IMG/VR virus record: IMGVR_UViG_2565956731_000002
DNA: 21,775 bases
Source: a virus
Taxonomy: Duplodnaviria; Heunggongvirae; Uroviricota; Caudoviricetes
Direction: 5' to 3' (one strand)
The position numbers and the translations under genes were made by a program. Positions 11,992 to 21,481 of this stretch are shown one piece after another. The stretch's first letter is position 1. Each line of letters begins with the position of its first letter. Below the pieces are notes generated by a model that had not been told where the DNA came from, made no database searches, and saw only the letters and a program-made list of their open reading frames with translations.

Positions 11992-12161
11992 TGGCTACAC
12001 CGCTTATTCGTGTCATGAACGGACACATCTACAAAGTACCAAATCGTCGTAAGCGTAAACCTGAGCTGAAGCCATCCGAAATACCAACACTGCTCGGGTA
12101 TACCGCCAGCCTGGTTGATAAAAAATGGTTGCGACTGGCAGCAAGGAGGAATCATGGCTGA
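11991..12161 (+). CDS. ninE: NinE-family small protein, 56 aa (below the ORF-track size cut-off)
   Basis: ATG at 11991 overlaps the upstream stop (TAATG); translation [56 protein letters not shown]; its end overlaps the next start. Confidence 0.6.
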   Translation: MATPLIRVMNGHIYKVPNRRKRKPELKPSEIPTLLGYTASLVDKKWLRLAARRNHG

Positions 12162-12444
12162 TTTAAGAAAAGCAGCGCGTGGTCGGGAATGCCAGGTAAG
12201 AATCCCTGGCGTATGTAATGGCAATCCTGAAACGTCAGTACTGGCACATATCCGGCTGGCTGGATTGTGCGGTACCGGTATCAAACCGCCAGACCTGATT
12301 GCCACCATTGCATGTTCTGCCTGCCACGACGAAATCGACCGTCGCACGCATTTTGTTGACGCTGGATATGCAAAAGAATGCGCGCTGGAAGGTATGGCGA
12401 GAACACAGGTTATCTGGTTGAAAGAGGGGGTTATTGAGGCGTGA
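12154..12444 (+). CDS. ybcO: YbcO-like nin-region protein (Cys/His-rich, putative nuclease), 96 aa
   Basis: ATG at 12154 preceded by [48 protein letters not shown]…[11 protein letters not shown]; sits between ninE and rusA as in DLP12. Confidence 0.6.
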   Translation: MADLRKAARGRECQVRIPGVCNGNPETSVLAHIRLAGLCGTGIKPPDLIATIACSACHDEIDRRTHFVDAGYAKECALEGMARTQVIWLKEGVIEA

Positions 12445-12803
12445 ATACCTACAGCATCACATTACCCTGGCCTCCGAGCAATAATCGCTATTACCGCCAT
12501 AATCGTGGGCGCACGCACGTCAGCGCAGAGGGGCAGGCATACTGCGATAACGTCGCCCGAATCATTAAAAACGCAATGCTGGATATCGGCTTGGCTATGC
12601 CAGTGAAAATCAGCATTGAGTGCCACATGCCGGATCGCCGTCGCCGTGACCTTGATAATCTGCAAAAGGCCGCTTTTGACGCACTCACCAAAGCAGGTTT
12701 CTGGCTGGATGATGCTCAGGTCGTTGATTACCGCGTTGTGAAGATGCCCGTTACCAAAGGTGGGAAGCTGGAGCTGACTATCACTGAACTGGGAGATGAA
12801 TGA
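12441..12803 (+). CDS. rusA: RusA Holliday-junction resolvase
   Basis: Translation [34 protein letters not shown]…[39 protein letters not shown]… recognised as RusA; GTG start overlapping the ybcO stop. Confidence 0.9.
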   Translation: MNTYSITLPWPPSNNRYYRHNRGRTHVSAEGQAYCDNVARIIKNAMLDIGLAMPVKISIECHMPDRRRRDLDNLQKAAFDALTKAGFWLDDAQVVDYRVVKMPVTKGGKLELTITELGDE

Positions 12804-12940
12804 TGTTTGAGTCTTATATGGCAGAGCGTCTTCGCCGCCGCTGGGTGCGCCTGCGCTTATATCGTTTTCCTGGTTCTGTTTTGACCGATTACCGAATACT
12901 GAAGAATTACGCCAAAACCCTGACAGGAGCAGGAGTATGA
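12800..12940 (+). CDS. ylcG: YlcG-like small protein, 46 aa (below the ORF-track size cut-off)
   Basis: ATGATG at 12800 overlapping the rusA stop; [46 protein letters not shown]; stop at 12938..12940; same position as ylcG between rusA and Q in DLP12. Confidence 0.5.
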   Translation: MMFESYMAERLRRRWVRLRLYRFPGSVLTDYRILKNYAKTLTGAGV

Positions 12941-13025
12941 AGTCAGAGATAACAATCAACTAATACTGTTTTGTTGATTTTTGCTTGTAATTGGCGTTCT
13001 GGTCTGATTTTTGTGGAGTAAGTTG

Positions 13026-13409
13026 ATGCGTGATATTCAGATGGTTCTTGAGCGTTGGGGAGCGTGGGCGGCTAATAATCATGAAGATGTGACCTGGTCG
13101 TCCGTTGCCGCCGGTTTTAAGGGATTAATTCCTTCAAAAGTAAAATCTCGCCCGCAATGTTGTGACGATGACGCGATGATCATTTGCGGGTGCATGGCCC
13201 GTCTGAAAAAGAACAACAGCGATTTACACGATTTATTAGTAGATTATTATGTATGTGGTATGACATTCATGTCACTGGCAAGTAAGCATTGCTGCTCGGA
13301 TGGTTATATCGGGAAAAGGTTACAGAAGGCTGAGGGCATAATTGAAGGGATGTTAATGGCATTAGATATCCGGTTAGATATGGATATCGTTGCTAATAAT
13401 TCTAATTGA
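13026..13409 (+). CDS. quuD: Late-gene antiterminator Q (DLP12 QuuD-like)
   Basis: [26 protein letters not shown]…[18 protein letters not shown]… recognised as QuuD-type Q; ATG at 13026 with GGAG upstream (the ORF track begins at an upstream TTG at 13011). Confidence 0.85.
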   Translation: MRDIQMVLERWGAWAANNHEDVTWSSVAAGFKGLIPSKVKSRPQCCDDDAMIICGCMARLKKNNSDLHDLLVDYYVCGMTFMSLASKHCCSDGYIGKRLQKAEGIIEGMLMALDIRLDMDIVANNSN

Positions 13410-13424
13410 TATGCAATTGTTTAC

Positions 13425-13597
13425 TAAAAGTTATTAAAAATGGGGCGTGGAAACGCCCCCAAAATAAAGGGTAATATATAACAGAAGGTTTATATAGTAA
13501 GAAGCAAGGTAGTGCTTCTAAAGGAAGTGGCTTGAGGGCTCCACTTATATGTTGCGGAGGCAAAGCCTCCCGCAACATATCTTTTTCGTAAGTCAGA
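13425..13597 (-). ncRNA. ipeX: nmpC 3' UTR with its own minus-strand terminator; corresponds in position to the IpeX regulatory RNA described downstream of nmpC/lc
   Basis: Highly structured stretch between the porin stop (13598) and a minus-strand hairpin GGGGCG-TTTCCA-CGCCCC (13442..13459) followed by AUUUUUAAUAACUUUU. The published description places ipeX between the nmpC stop and its terminator. Confidence 0.4.
13547..13588 (+). terminator. Plus-strand intrinsic terminator about 140-180 nt downstream of Q; candidate tR'-type terminator of a short 6S-like late leader
   Basis: ATATGTTGCGGAGG-CAAAG-CCTCCCGCAACATAT (about 14-bp stem with one bulge) followed by CTTTTTCG. It is not a terminator on the minus strand, where there is no U-run after the hairpin. 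Confidence 0.5.
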
Positions 13598-14680
13598 TTA
13601 GAACTGATAAACCAGACCTACAGCGACGATGTCGTCGGTATCAATACCAGCTGTTTTGGTAAACTTACTATCGTCAATTAAGTTGATTTTGTAATCAACA
13701 AAAGTGGACATGTTTTTATTAAAGTAGTAAGTAGCACCGACATCGACATACTTGACTAAGTCTCGGTCACCATGAACACCAAGGTCTTTACCTTTTGACT
13801 GAAGGTAAGCAACAGATGGTCGCAGACCGAAGTCAAACTGATATTGTGCTACTGCTTCAAAGTTTTGTGCTTTGTTTGCAATATGGTTATTACCAAAAAC
13901 GGTCATATTCTGAGTTTCAGAATATGTGGTAGCCAGATAGATATTGTTCGCATCATATTTCAGGCCTGCAGCCCATACTTCCGCATTTTTGCCGGAGGCA
14001 TTGAATTTGCTCTTACCATAGGCGACCTGACCGTCAGTGCGATCTGATTTAGCATAGGTTGCACCCACGCCGAATCCTTCATACTCATAAGTAGTGGAGA
14101 AACCGAAACCATCACCATTGGCTTCAGTTACGTCAGTGCGGTCATTTTTACCCTGATACTGAGCAGCAAAGTTCAGGCCATCGACCAGACCAAAGAAGTC
14201 GTTGTTACGATAAGTTGCAACACCAGTAGTGCGACCAGTCATGAACACATCTGTTTGGGTCCAGGTATCACCACCGAATTCTGGCAGGACGTCAGTCCAC
14301 GCACCGATGTCGTATGCTACACCGTAGTTACGGCCGTAATCGATTGAGCCGTAATCACCAAATTTCAGGCCTGCAAATGCAAGACGGGTTTTGTCTTTGG
14401 AAGAACCTTGAGATTCAGCACGGTTGCCTTTGAATTCATATTCCCACTGACCGAAACCAGTCAGTTGATCGTTGATTTGGGTTTCACCTTTGAAGCCAAG
14501 ACGGGCATAAGTAGTATCACCATCATCTGCATCATTAGAGGAGAAGTAGTGCTTGGCATTAACTTTCCCGTATAGATCCAGCTTGTTACTGTCTTTATTA
14601 TAAATTTCAGCTGCCTGAGCAGACATCGCCATCAGTACTGATGCAGCTACAGCAGAAATTGCCACTGTTAATTTTTTCAT
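13598..14680 (-). CDS. nmpC: OmpC/OmpF-family general porin (NmpC / Lc type), intact, with signal peptide
   Basis: [40 protein letters not shown]… and the C-terminal …VAVGLVYQF are typical enterobacterial trimeric porin; location between Q and the holin as in DLP12/PA-2. Confidence 0.9.
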   Translation of the reverse strand: MKKLTVAISAVAASVLMAMSAQAAEIYNKDSNKLDLYGKVNAKHYFSSNDADDGDTTYARLGFKGETQINDQLTGFGQWEYEFKGNRAESQGSSKDKTRLAFAGLKFGDYGSIDYGRNYGVAYDIGAWTDVLPEFGGDTWTQTDVFMTGRTTGVATYRNNDFFGLVDGLNFAAQYQGKNDRTDVTEANGDGFGFSTTYEYEGFGVGATYAKSDRTDGQVAYGKSKFNASGKNAEVWAAGLKYDANNIYLATTYSETQNMTVFGNNHIANKAQNFEAVAQYQFDFGLRPSVAYLQSKGKDLGVHGDRDLVKYVDVGATYYFNKNMSTFVDYKINLIDDSKFTKTAGIDTDDIVAVGLVYQF

Positions 14681-15108
14681 TGTACGCCCTTTTTTTTGAA
14701 CTATTATTAAAAAATGATGTCACTGCGCGATAAATATTCATCTAATCAATGCGATTATTTCAAGATGTAAGTTTTAGTTTCTCATTTAATTTGTGAAGTA
14801 GATCTCTATTTTTATCTGAACCTTTTCTATCTAATCCTATTCATGGCTCTTGTTTGAACGAAAATAAATCTATTAGCTAATTTATATTAATGGCACTTAT
14901 TTATAAGCGCTCTATAATTCTTTAACTTAATTTAAACAAACTAAAAATAACATCGGAAATTATTCATTGGTTATTTGTTGAAGTTTTCTTATGTATTTGT
15001 GGTGGTGTTTTGAACACTCGGTGGCATTCTCACAAATATCATTTAGTAGTTTACGTACGTAAAAAATTGGTTATGCTGTTAAGAGTGGTTACTTCGTCAC
15101 ACAGCTTA

Positions 15109-15140
15109 AACCCGCCGTCGAGCGGGTTTTTCCATTTTTT
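15109..15140 (+). terminator. Plus-strand intrinsic terminator inside the 590-bp AT-rich region between the porin start and the holin
   Basis: AACCCGC-CGTCGA-GCGGGTT hairpin followed by TTTCCATTTTTT; no ORF of meaningful size upstream on the plus strand. Confidence 0.55.
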
Positions 15141-15269
15141 GAGTCTCGATATTAGCTGATAACCCAATACCTGAGTTATTCACTGACTCCGAATCTGTTA
15201 CGTTTCTGCCTTTATTGCGATACGTAGTATCCCCTTAATTTACACCCGCTTTGTCTGCGAGGTGGGGTT

Positions 15270-15485
15270 ATGAAATCCATGGATAAGTTAACAACGGGTG
15301 TCGCCTATGGCACCTCAGCAGGTAGTGCCGGGTACTGGTTTTTACAGTTGCTCGATAAAGTCACGCCCTCACAGTGGGCGGCAATAGGTGTGCTGGGTAG
15401 TCTGGTATTTGGCTTGCTGACGTATCTGACAAACCTTTATTTCAAGATTAAAGAAGATAAGCGTAAGGCTGCGAGAGGTGAATAA
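15270..15485 (+). CDS. essD: Phage 21-type class II holin/pinholin with dual-start motif (Met1-Lys-Ser-Met4)
   Basis: [71 protein letters not shown] closely matches S21 as remembered; GAGGTGGGG ribosome-binding site; stop overlaps the next start (TAATG). Confidence 0.85.
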
Positions 15486-18400
15486 TGTCGCCATCATTAC
15501 GCAAGGCTATTGCTGCTGCTATTGGTGGTGGGGCTGTTGCCATAGCGTCTGTGCTCATCACTGGTCCGAGTGGTGACGATGGCCTGGAAGGTGTCAGCTA
15601 CATACCATACAAAGATATTGTTGGTGTATGGACTGTATGTCACGGGCATACAGGAAAAGACATCATGCTCGGTAAAACGTATAAAGGCAGCAGTAAGGGG
15701 CATACCCCGCGCGAAGCGAAGGACAACCTGAAATCCACGCAGTTACTGAGTGTGATCGATGCCATCAGCGAAGGGCCGATTGAAGGTCCGGTGGATGGGT
15801 TAAAAAGCGTGCTACTGAACAGTACGCCGGTGCTGGACACTGAGGGGAATACCAATATCTCCGGTGTCACGGTGGTGTTCCGGGCAGGTGAGCAGGAGCA
15901 GACTCCGCCGGAGGGGTTTGAATCCTCCGGCTCCGAGACGGTGCTGGGTACGGAAGTGAAATACGACACGCCGATCACCCGCACCATCACGTCGGCAAAC
16001 ATCGACCGTCTGCGTTTTACCTTCGGTGTGCAGGCACTGGTGGAAACCACTTCAAAGGGTGACCGGAATCCGTCGGAAGTTCGCCTGCTGGTTCAGATAC
16101 AGCGTAACGGTGGCTGGGTGACGGAAAAAGACATCACCATTAAGGGCAAAACCACCTCGCAGTATCTGGCCTCGGTGGTGGTGGATAACCTGCCTCCGCG
16201 CCCGTTCAATATCCGGATGCGCAGGATGACACCGGACAGCACCACAGACCAGCTGCAGAACAAAACGCTCTGGTCGTCATACACCGAAATCATCGATATG
16301 AAACAGTGCTACCCGAACACGGCACTGGTCGGTGTGCAGGTGGACTCGGAGCAGTTCGGCAGTCAGCAGGTGAGTCGTAATTATCATCTGCGCGGGCGCA
16401 TTCTGCAGGTGCCGTCGAACTATAACCCGCAGACGCGACAATACAGCGGTATCTGGGACGGAACGTTAAAACCGGCATACAGCAACAACATGGCCTGGTG
16501 TCTGTGGGATATGCTGACCCATCCGCGCTACGGCATGGGGAAACGTCTTGGTGCGGCGGATGTGGACAAATGGGCGCTGTATGTCATCGGCCAGAATTGC
16601 GACCAGTCGGTGCCGGATGGTTTTGGTGGCACGGAGCCGCGCATCACCTGTAATGCCTGGCTGACCACACAGCGTAAGGCGTGGGATGTTCTCAGTGATT
16701 TCTGCTCGGCGATGCGCTGTATGCCGGTATGGAACGGGCAGACGCTGACGTTCGTGCAGGACCGGCCGTCGGATAAGGTGTGGACCTATAACCGCAGTAA
16801 TGTGGTGATGCCGGATGATGGCGCGCCGTTCCGCTACAGTTTCAGCGCCCTGAAGGACCGCCATAATGCCGTTGAGGTGAACTGGATTGACCCGGATAAC
16901 GGCTGGGAGACGGCGACAGAGCTTGTGGAGGACACGCAGGCCATTGCCCGTTACGGTCGTAACGTCACGAAGATGGATGCCTTTGGCTGTACCAGTCGGG
17001 GGCAGGCACACCGAGCCGGGCTGTGGCTGATTAAAACGGAACTGCTGGAAACGCAGACCGTGGATTTCAGCGTGGGCGCAGAAGGGCTTCGCCATGTGCC
17101 GGGCGATGTTATTGAAATCTGCGATGATGACTATGCGGGTATCAGCATCGGCGGGCGCGTGCTGGCGGTGAACAGCCAGACCCGGACGCTGACGCTCGAC
17201 CGTGAAATCACTCTGCCATCCTCCGGTACCACGCTGATAAGCCTGGTTGACGGAAGCGGCAATCCGGTCAGCGTGGAGGTCCAGTCCGTCACCGACGGCG
17301 TGAAGGTAAAAGTGAGCCGGGTTCCTGACGGCGTTGCCGGATACAGCGTGTGGGGGCTGAAGTTGCCGACGTTGCGCCAGCGCCTGTTCCGCTGCGTGAG
17401 TATCCGTGAGAACGATGACGGCACGTATGCCATCACTGCCGTGCAGCATGTACCGGAAAAAGAGGCCATCGTGGATAACGGGGCGCACTTTGACGGCGAC
17501 CAGAGCGGCACGGTGAATGGTGTCACGCCGCCAGCGGTGCAGCACCTGACTGCCGAAGTCACCGCAGACAGCGGGGAATATCAGGTGCTGGCGCGCTGGG
17601 ACACGCCGAAGGTGGTGAAGGGGGTGAGCTTTATGCTTCGCCTGACCGTGGCAGCGGATGACGGCAGTGAGCGGCTGGTCAGCACGGCCCGGACGACGGA
17701 AACCACATACCGCTTCACGCAACTGGCGCTGGGGCGGTACACGCTGACAGTCCGGGCGGTAAATGCGTGGGGGCAGCAGGGCGATCCGGCGTCGGTATCG
17801 TTCCGGATTGCCGCACCGGCAGCACCGTCGAGGATTGATCTGACGCCGGGCTATTTTCAGATAACCGCCACGCCGCATCTTGCCGTTTATGACCCGACGG
17901 TACAGTTTGAATTCTGGTTCTCGGAAAAGCGGATTACCGATATCAGGCAGGTTGAAACCACAGCCCGCTATCTTGGCACGGCGCTGTACTGGATAGCTGC
18001 CAGTATCAATATTAAGCCGGGCCATGATTATTATTTTTATATCCGCAGTGTGAATACTGTTGGCAAATCGGCATTCGTGGAGGCTGTCGGTCAGGCGAGC
18101 GATGATGCTTCCGGCTATCTGGATTTTTTCAAAGGCCAGATAACTGAATCCCATCTCGGCAAGGAGCTGCTGGAAAAAGTCGAGCTGACGGAGGATAACG
18201 CCAGCAAACTGGAGGAGTTTTCGAAAGAGTGGAAAGACGCCAACGATAAATGGAATGCCATGTGGGGCGTCAAAATTGAGCAGACCGAAGACGGCAGGCA
18301 TTATGTCGCGGGTATTGGCCTCAGCATGGAGGATACGGAGGAAGGCAAACTGAGCCAGTTCCTGGTTGCCGCTAACCGTATCGCGTTTATTGACCCGGCA

Positions 18401-19075
18401 AACGGGAATGAAACGCCGATGTTTGTGGCGCAGGGCAACCAGATATTCATGAACGAAGTGTTCCTGAAGTATCTGACGGCTCCCACCATTACCAGCGGCG
18501 GCAATCCGCCGGTATTTTCCCTGACACCGGACGGGCGGTTGACGGCGAAAAATGCCGATATCAGCGGTAACGTGAATGCGAACTCAGGGACGCTCAATAA
18601 TGTCACGATTAACCAGAACTGTCGGATTCTGGGAAAACTGTCTGCCAACCAGATTGAAGGTGATATTGTCAAAACGGTGGGAAAAGCCTTTCCGAGAAAT
18701 GGCAGTTATGCCAGCGGTACAATAACGGTCACTGTGTACGATGACCAGGCTTTTGACCGTCAGATAGTAATCCCACCCGTTCTGTTTCGCGGTGGTAAGC
18801 ATGAAAACTTCAACAGCAACAACCAACAGTCATACTGGTATTCAACCTGTAAGCTGCAGGTACTGAAGAACGGACAGGAAATCTTTCAGCAACCCGCGAC
18901 GGATGTCAGCAGGGTATTTTCATCCGTCATTGATATGCCAGCGGGACACGGCCATGTCACCCTGACTTTCAATGTTTCTTCATATGGTGCAAATAACTGG
19001 ACGCCAACGACCAGTATCAGCGACCTTCTTGTTGTCGTGATGAAGAAATCAACAGCCGGTATCAGTATCAGTTGA
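15485..19075 (+). CDS. J: In-frame deletion fusion: first ~65 codons of a SAR endolysin (R21-like) joined to nearly full-length tail-tip host-specificity protein J (from J residue ~3)
   Basis: N-terminus [66 protein letters not shown] matches the R21 SAR endolysin start; from ~15677 the sequence [39 protein letters not shown]… is lambda J from its N-terminus through >1000 aa. The last ~150 aa diverge from lambda J. Confidence 0.85.
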   Translation: MSPSLRKAIAAAIGGGAVAIASVLITGPSGDDGLEGVSYIPYKDIVGVWTVCHGHTGKDIMLGKTYKGSSKGHTPREAKDNLKSTQLLSVIDAISEGPIEGPVDGLKSVLLNSTPVLDTEGNTNISGVTVVFRAGEQEQTPPEGFESSGSETVLGTEVKYDTPITRTITSANIDRLRFTFGVQALVETTSKGDRNPSEVRLLVQIQRNGGWVTEKDITIKGKTTSQYLASVVVDNLPPRPFNIRMRRMTPDSTTDQLQNKTLWSSYTEIIDMKQCYPNTALVGVQVDSEQFGSQQVSRNYHLRGRILQVPSNYNPQTRQYSGIWDGTLKPAYSNNMAWCLWDMLTHPRYGMGKRLGAADVDKWALYVIGQNCDQSVPDGFGGTEPRITCNAWLTTQRKAWDVLSDFCSAMRCMPVWNGQTLTFVQDRPSDKVWTYNRSNVVMPDDGAPFRYSFSALKDRHNAVEVNWIDPDNGWETATELVEDTQAIARYGRNVTKMDAFGCTSRGQAHRAGLWLIKTELLETQTVDFSVGAEGLRHVPGDVIEICDDDYAGISIGGRVLAVNSQTRTLTLDREITLPSSGTTLISLVDGSGNPVSVEVQSVTDGVKVKVSRVPDGVAGYSVWGLKLPTLRQRLFRCVSIRENDDGTYAITAVQHVPEKEAIVDNGAHFDGDQSGTVNGVTPPAVQHLTAEVTADSGEYQVLARWDTPKVVKGVSFMLRLTVAADDGSERLVSTARTTETTYRFTQLALGRYTLTVRAVNAWGQQGDPASVSFRIAAPAAPSRIDLTPGYFQITATPHLAVYDPTVQFEFWFSEKRITDIRQVETTARYLGTALYWIAASINIKPGHDYYFYIRSVNTVGKSAFVEAVGQASDDASGYLDFFKGQITESHLGKELLEKVELTEDNASKLEEFSKEWKDANDKWNAMWGVKIEQTEDGRHYVAGIGLSMEDTEEGKLSQFLVAANRIAFIDPANGNETPMFVAQGNQIFMNEVFLKYLTAPTITSGGNPPVFSLTPDGRLTAKNADISGNVNANSGTLNNVTINQNCRILGKLSANQIEGDIVKTVGKAFPRNGSYASGTITVTVYDDQAFDRQIVIPPVLFRGGKHENFNSNNQQSYWYSTCKLQVLKNGQEIFQQPATDVSRVFSSVIDMPAGHGHVTLTFNVSSYGANNWTPTTSISDLLVVVMKKSTAGISIS

Positions 19076-19093
19076 ATTTTATAACCCAAATAC

Positions 19094-19120
19094 GGGCGCC
19101 AGAAATGGCGCCTTTTTTAT
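19094..19120 (+). terminator. Intrinsic terminator after J
   Basis: GGCGCC-AGAAAT-GGCGCC hairpin followed by TTTTTTATTT, 20 bp after the J stop. Confidence 0.55.
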
Positions 19121-19133
19121 TTGTGGAGTGAAT

Positions 19134-21194
19134 ATGGCAGTACAGATTTCAGGCGTGCTGAAAGACGGTGCAGGAAAACCAATACAGAACTGTACTATTC
19201 AGCTCAAAGCAAAGCGTAACAGCACCACGGTACTGGTGAACACGGTGGCCTCTGAAAATCCGGATGAAGCCGGGCGTTACAGCATGGATGTTGAGTATGG
19301 CCAGTACAGCGTCACCCTGCTGGTTGAAGGTTTTCCGCCTTCACATGCCGGGACCATTACCGTCTATGAAGGTTCCAGACCAGGTACGCTGAATGATTTT
19401 CTCGGTGCCATGACGGAAGATGATGTCATGCCGGAGGCATTGCGTCGTTTTGAGGTAATGGTGGAGGATGTGGCACGCAACGCTGAAGCCGCCTCTCAGA
19501 GCGCAGCGGCAGCAAAGAAATCAGAAACAGCAGCGGCATCGTCCAGGAACGCGGCGAAAACATCAGAGACGAATGCAGGTAACAGCGCGAAAGCGGCAGC
19601 TTCTTCAAAAACAGCCGCACAAAACGCAGCAACAGCGGCAGAACGTTCAGAGACAAATGCCCGTGCGTCAGAAGAAGCCTCCGCAGACAGTGAAGAGGCT
19701 TCCCGCCGTAATGCAGAGTCAGCCGCTGAAAATGCCGGAGTCGCCACCACAAAAGCGCGGGAGGCTGCAGCAGACGCAACAAAGGCCGGGCAGAAAAAGG
19801 ATGAGGCTCTGTCGGCAGCGACACGAGCTGAAAAGGCGGCAGACCGCGCAGAAGCCGCAGCGGAAGTGACTGCAGAGCCCTATGCGAATATAGTGCCGCC
19901 GCTGCCTGATGTGTGGATACCGTTTAACGATTCACTGGATATGATTGCGGGTTTTTCTCCGGGCTATAAAAAAATAGCTATTGGTGACGATGTGGTTCAG
20001 GTCGCCAGTGATAAACAGGTTAATTTCAGTCGCGCATCAACGGCAACATATATCAACAAATCTGGCGAACTGAAAACGGCGGAAATTAATGAGCCGCGAT
20101 TTGAGTGTGATGGCCTGCTTATTGAGGGACAAAGAACGAACTACATGCTCAATTCGGAAAGTCCAGCCAGCTGGGGGAAGTCATCAAACATGGATGTGCC
20201 CGAAACCGGGACGGATAGTTTTGGTTTTACTTATGGAAAGTTTGTCTGCAACGATTCTCTGGTTGGGCAAACTTCGGCTATTAATATGGCATCAATTGCT
20301 GCAACAAAGTCAGTTGATGTCTCAGGCGATAACAAGTACGTGACAACCTCATGCCGTTTTAAAACAGAACGACAGGTAAGGTTACGTATACGGTTTGATA
20401 AGTATGATGGTAGTGCAACAACTTTTCTTGGCGATGCGTACATTGATACGCAAACGCTTGAAATTAATATGACAGGTGGTGCTGCCGGCAGAATTACGGC
20501 ACGAGTCAGGAAGGATAAGACCACGGGCTGGATTTTTGCAGAGGCAACGATTCAGGCAATTGATGGTGAGTTAAAAATAGGCTCTCAGATACAGTATTCT
20601 CCTGAGCAGGGTGGGGCAACAGTATCTGGTGACTATATTTATCTTGCCACCCCACAAGTAGAGAATGGGCCGTGTGTATCATCATTTATTATTTCAGGAG
20701 GCAGCGCAACGACAAGAGCCAGTGATTTGGTTAGTATCCCCACCAGAAATAATCTTTATAAGTTACCATTTACTTTTTTACTTGAGATTCATAAAAACTG
20801 GGATATTGCACCAAACGCCGCACCCCGCGTGTGGGATATAGCAGCAGCCAATACCGGGCAATCAGCAATTGCAGCAATCAACAGAGGTAGTGGTAAGTTA
20901 TATATGAGTCTGTCAAACCCTTCAGGCTCGTATGTTAATAGCGCAGCGACAGATGTATTTGCAGAGAAAACCACATTTGGATGTATTGCAAAAGCTGATG
21001 GTCACTTTCATGTGGTGACAAATGGTAAAGCGGTTAATGAAGTTTATTGTGAATATAATGGCGTGACCGCTGATAAAAATATCCGATTTGGAGGGCAGAC
21101 GAATACTGGAGAACGACATCTGTTTGGCCATATTCGCAATTTCCGCATATGGCATAAAGAATTAAATGACAGGCAATTAAAAGAGGTCGTATGA
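19134..21194 (+). CDS. stf: Side tail fibre protein: lambda Stf-like N-terminus, short Ala-rich shaft, and a non-lambda C-terminal domain with a lectin-type (laminin-G / concanavalin-A-like) signature
   Basis: N-terminus MAVQISGVLKDGAGKPIQNCTIQLKAKRNSTTVLVNTVASENPDEAGRYSMDVEYGQYSV… resembles lambda Stf; the C-terminal tail …FGHIRNFRIWHKELNDRQLKEVV fits the conserved end of LamG-type jelly-roll domains. ATG at 19134 with GGAG upstream. Confidence 0.75.
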   Translation: MAVQISGVLKDGAGKPIQNCTIQLKAKRNSTTVLVNTVASENPDEAGRYSMDVEYGQYSVTLLVEGFPPSHAGTITVYEGSRPGTLNDFLGAMTEDDVMPEALRRFEVMVEDVARNAEAASQSAAAAKKSETAAASSRNAAKTSETNAGNSAKAAASSKTAAQNAATAAERSETNARASEEASADSEEASRRNAESAAENAGVATTKAREAAADATKAGQKKDEALSAATRAEKAADRAEAAAEVTAEPYANIVPPLPDVWIPFNDSLDMIAGFSPGYKKIAIGDDVVQVASDKQVNFSRASTATYINKSGELKTAEINEPRFECDGLLIEGQRTNYMLNSESPASWGKSSNMDVPETGTDSFGFTYGKFVCNDSLVGQTSAINMASIAATKSVDVSGDNKYVTTSCRFKTERQVRLRIRFDKYDGSATTFLGDAYIDTQTLEINMTGGAAGRITARVRKDKTTGWIFAEATIQAIDGELKIGSQIQYSPEQGGATVSGDYIYLATPQVENGPCVSSFIISGGSATTRASDLVSIPTRNNLYKLPFTFLLEIHKNWDIAPNAAPRVWDIAAANTGQSAIAAINRGSGKLYMSLSNPSGSYVNSAATDVFAEKTTFGCIAKADGHFHVVTNGKAVNEVYCEYNGVTADKNIRFGGQTNTGERHLFGHIRNFRIWHKELNDRQLKEVV

Positions 21195-21469
21195 AAGATT
21201 TAACTTTGAAGTTTCATGACAAACTGCAGTTTAAGGCCTTCCTGTCATCTCTTGGCTGGGCGGAAGATGAAGACCTCCAGAATAAACTGTTAGTTGATGA
21301 AATTGGTTTCACCTACACAGAAACAGGGGTAACAGAAGAGGGAGAACCTGTCTGTATCCGGAATGATGGTTATTTTGTCAACATTCGCATTCTTGATGAC
21401 TTGTTTGATGTTTCTGTATTCTCTGATTATGTCGTGGAGCTGGAAACACCGCTTCGGGAATGGAGCTGA
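21191..21469 (+). CDS. Small acidic hypothetical protein (92 aa), translationally coupled to the tail fibre gene
   Basis: ATGA overlap with the stf stop; Asp/Glu-rich; no recognisable family; occupies the slot where a tail-fibre assembly chaperone is usually found but is half the usual length. Confidence 0.5.
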   Translation: MKDLTLKFHDKLQFKAFLSSLGWAEDEDLQNKLLVDEIGFTYTETGVTEEGEPVCIRNDGYFVNIRILDDLFDVSVFSDYVVELETPLREWS

Positions 21470-21481
21470 AAGGAGGAAATA

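Noticed and set aside
11790-12959. Minus-strand ORFs (185, 165 and 66 aa) across the nin region
   Set aside because: They overlap the tightly packed, recognisable plus-strand genes (ybcN-like, ninE, ybcO-like, rusA, ylcG-like); no independent support.
14991-15062. 23-codon ORF (MYLWWCFEHSVAFSQISFSSLRT) in the porin-holin intergenic region
   Set aside because: No ribosome-binding site and no conservation evidence; kept only as part of the possible small-RNA observation rather than as a gene.
16466-18301. 611-aa ORF on the minus strand, entirely inside the J coding region
   Set aside because: It is antisense to a confidently identified, highly conserved J sequence; the Arg/Pro/Gly-rich translation has no protein-like features. 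Long antisense ORFs are expected opposite GC-rich coding sequence.
19426-19869. Overlapping ORFs on both strands (132, 133 and 84 aa) inside the tail fibre Ala-rich shaft
   Set aside because: They are low-complexity Arg/Gln/Pro or Ala-rich translations of the GC-rich repetitive shaft-coding DNA in alternative frames; the sense frame is the conserved Stf-like protein.
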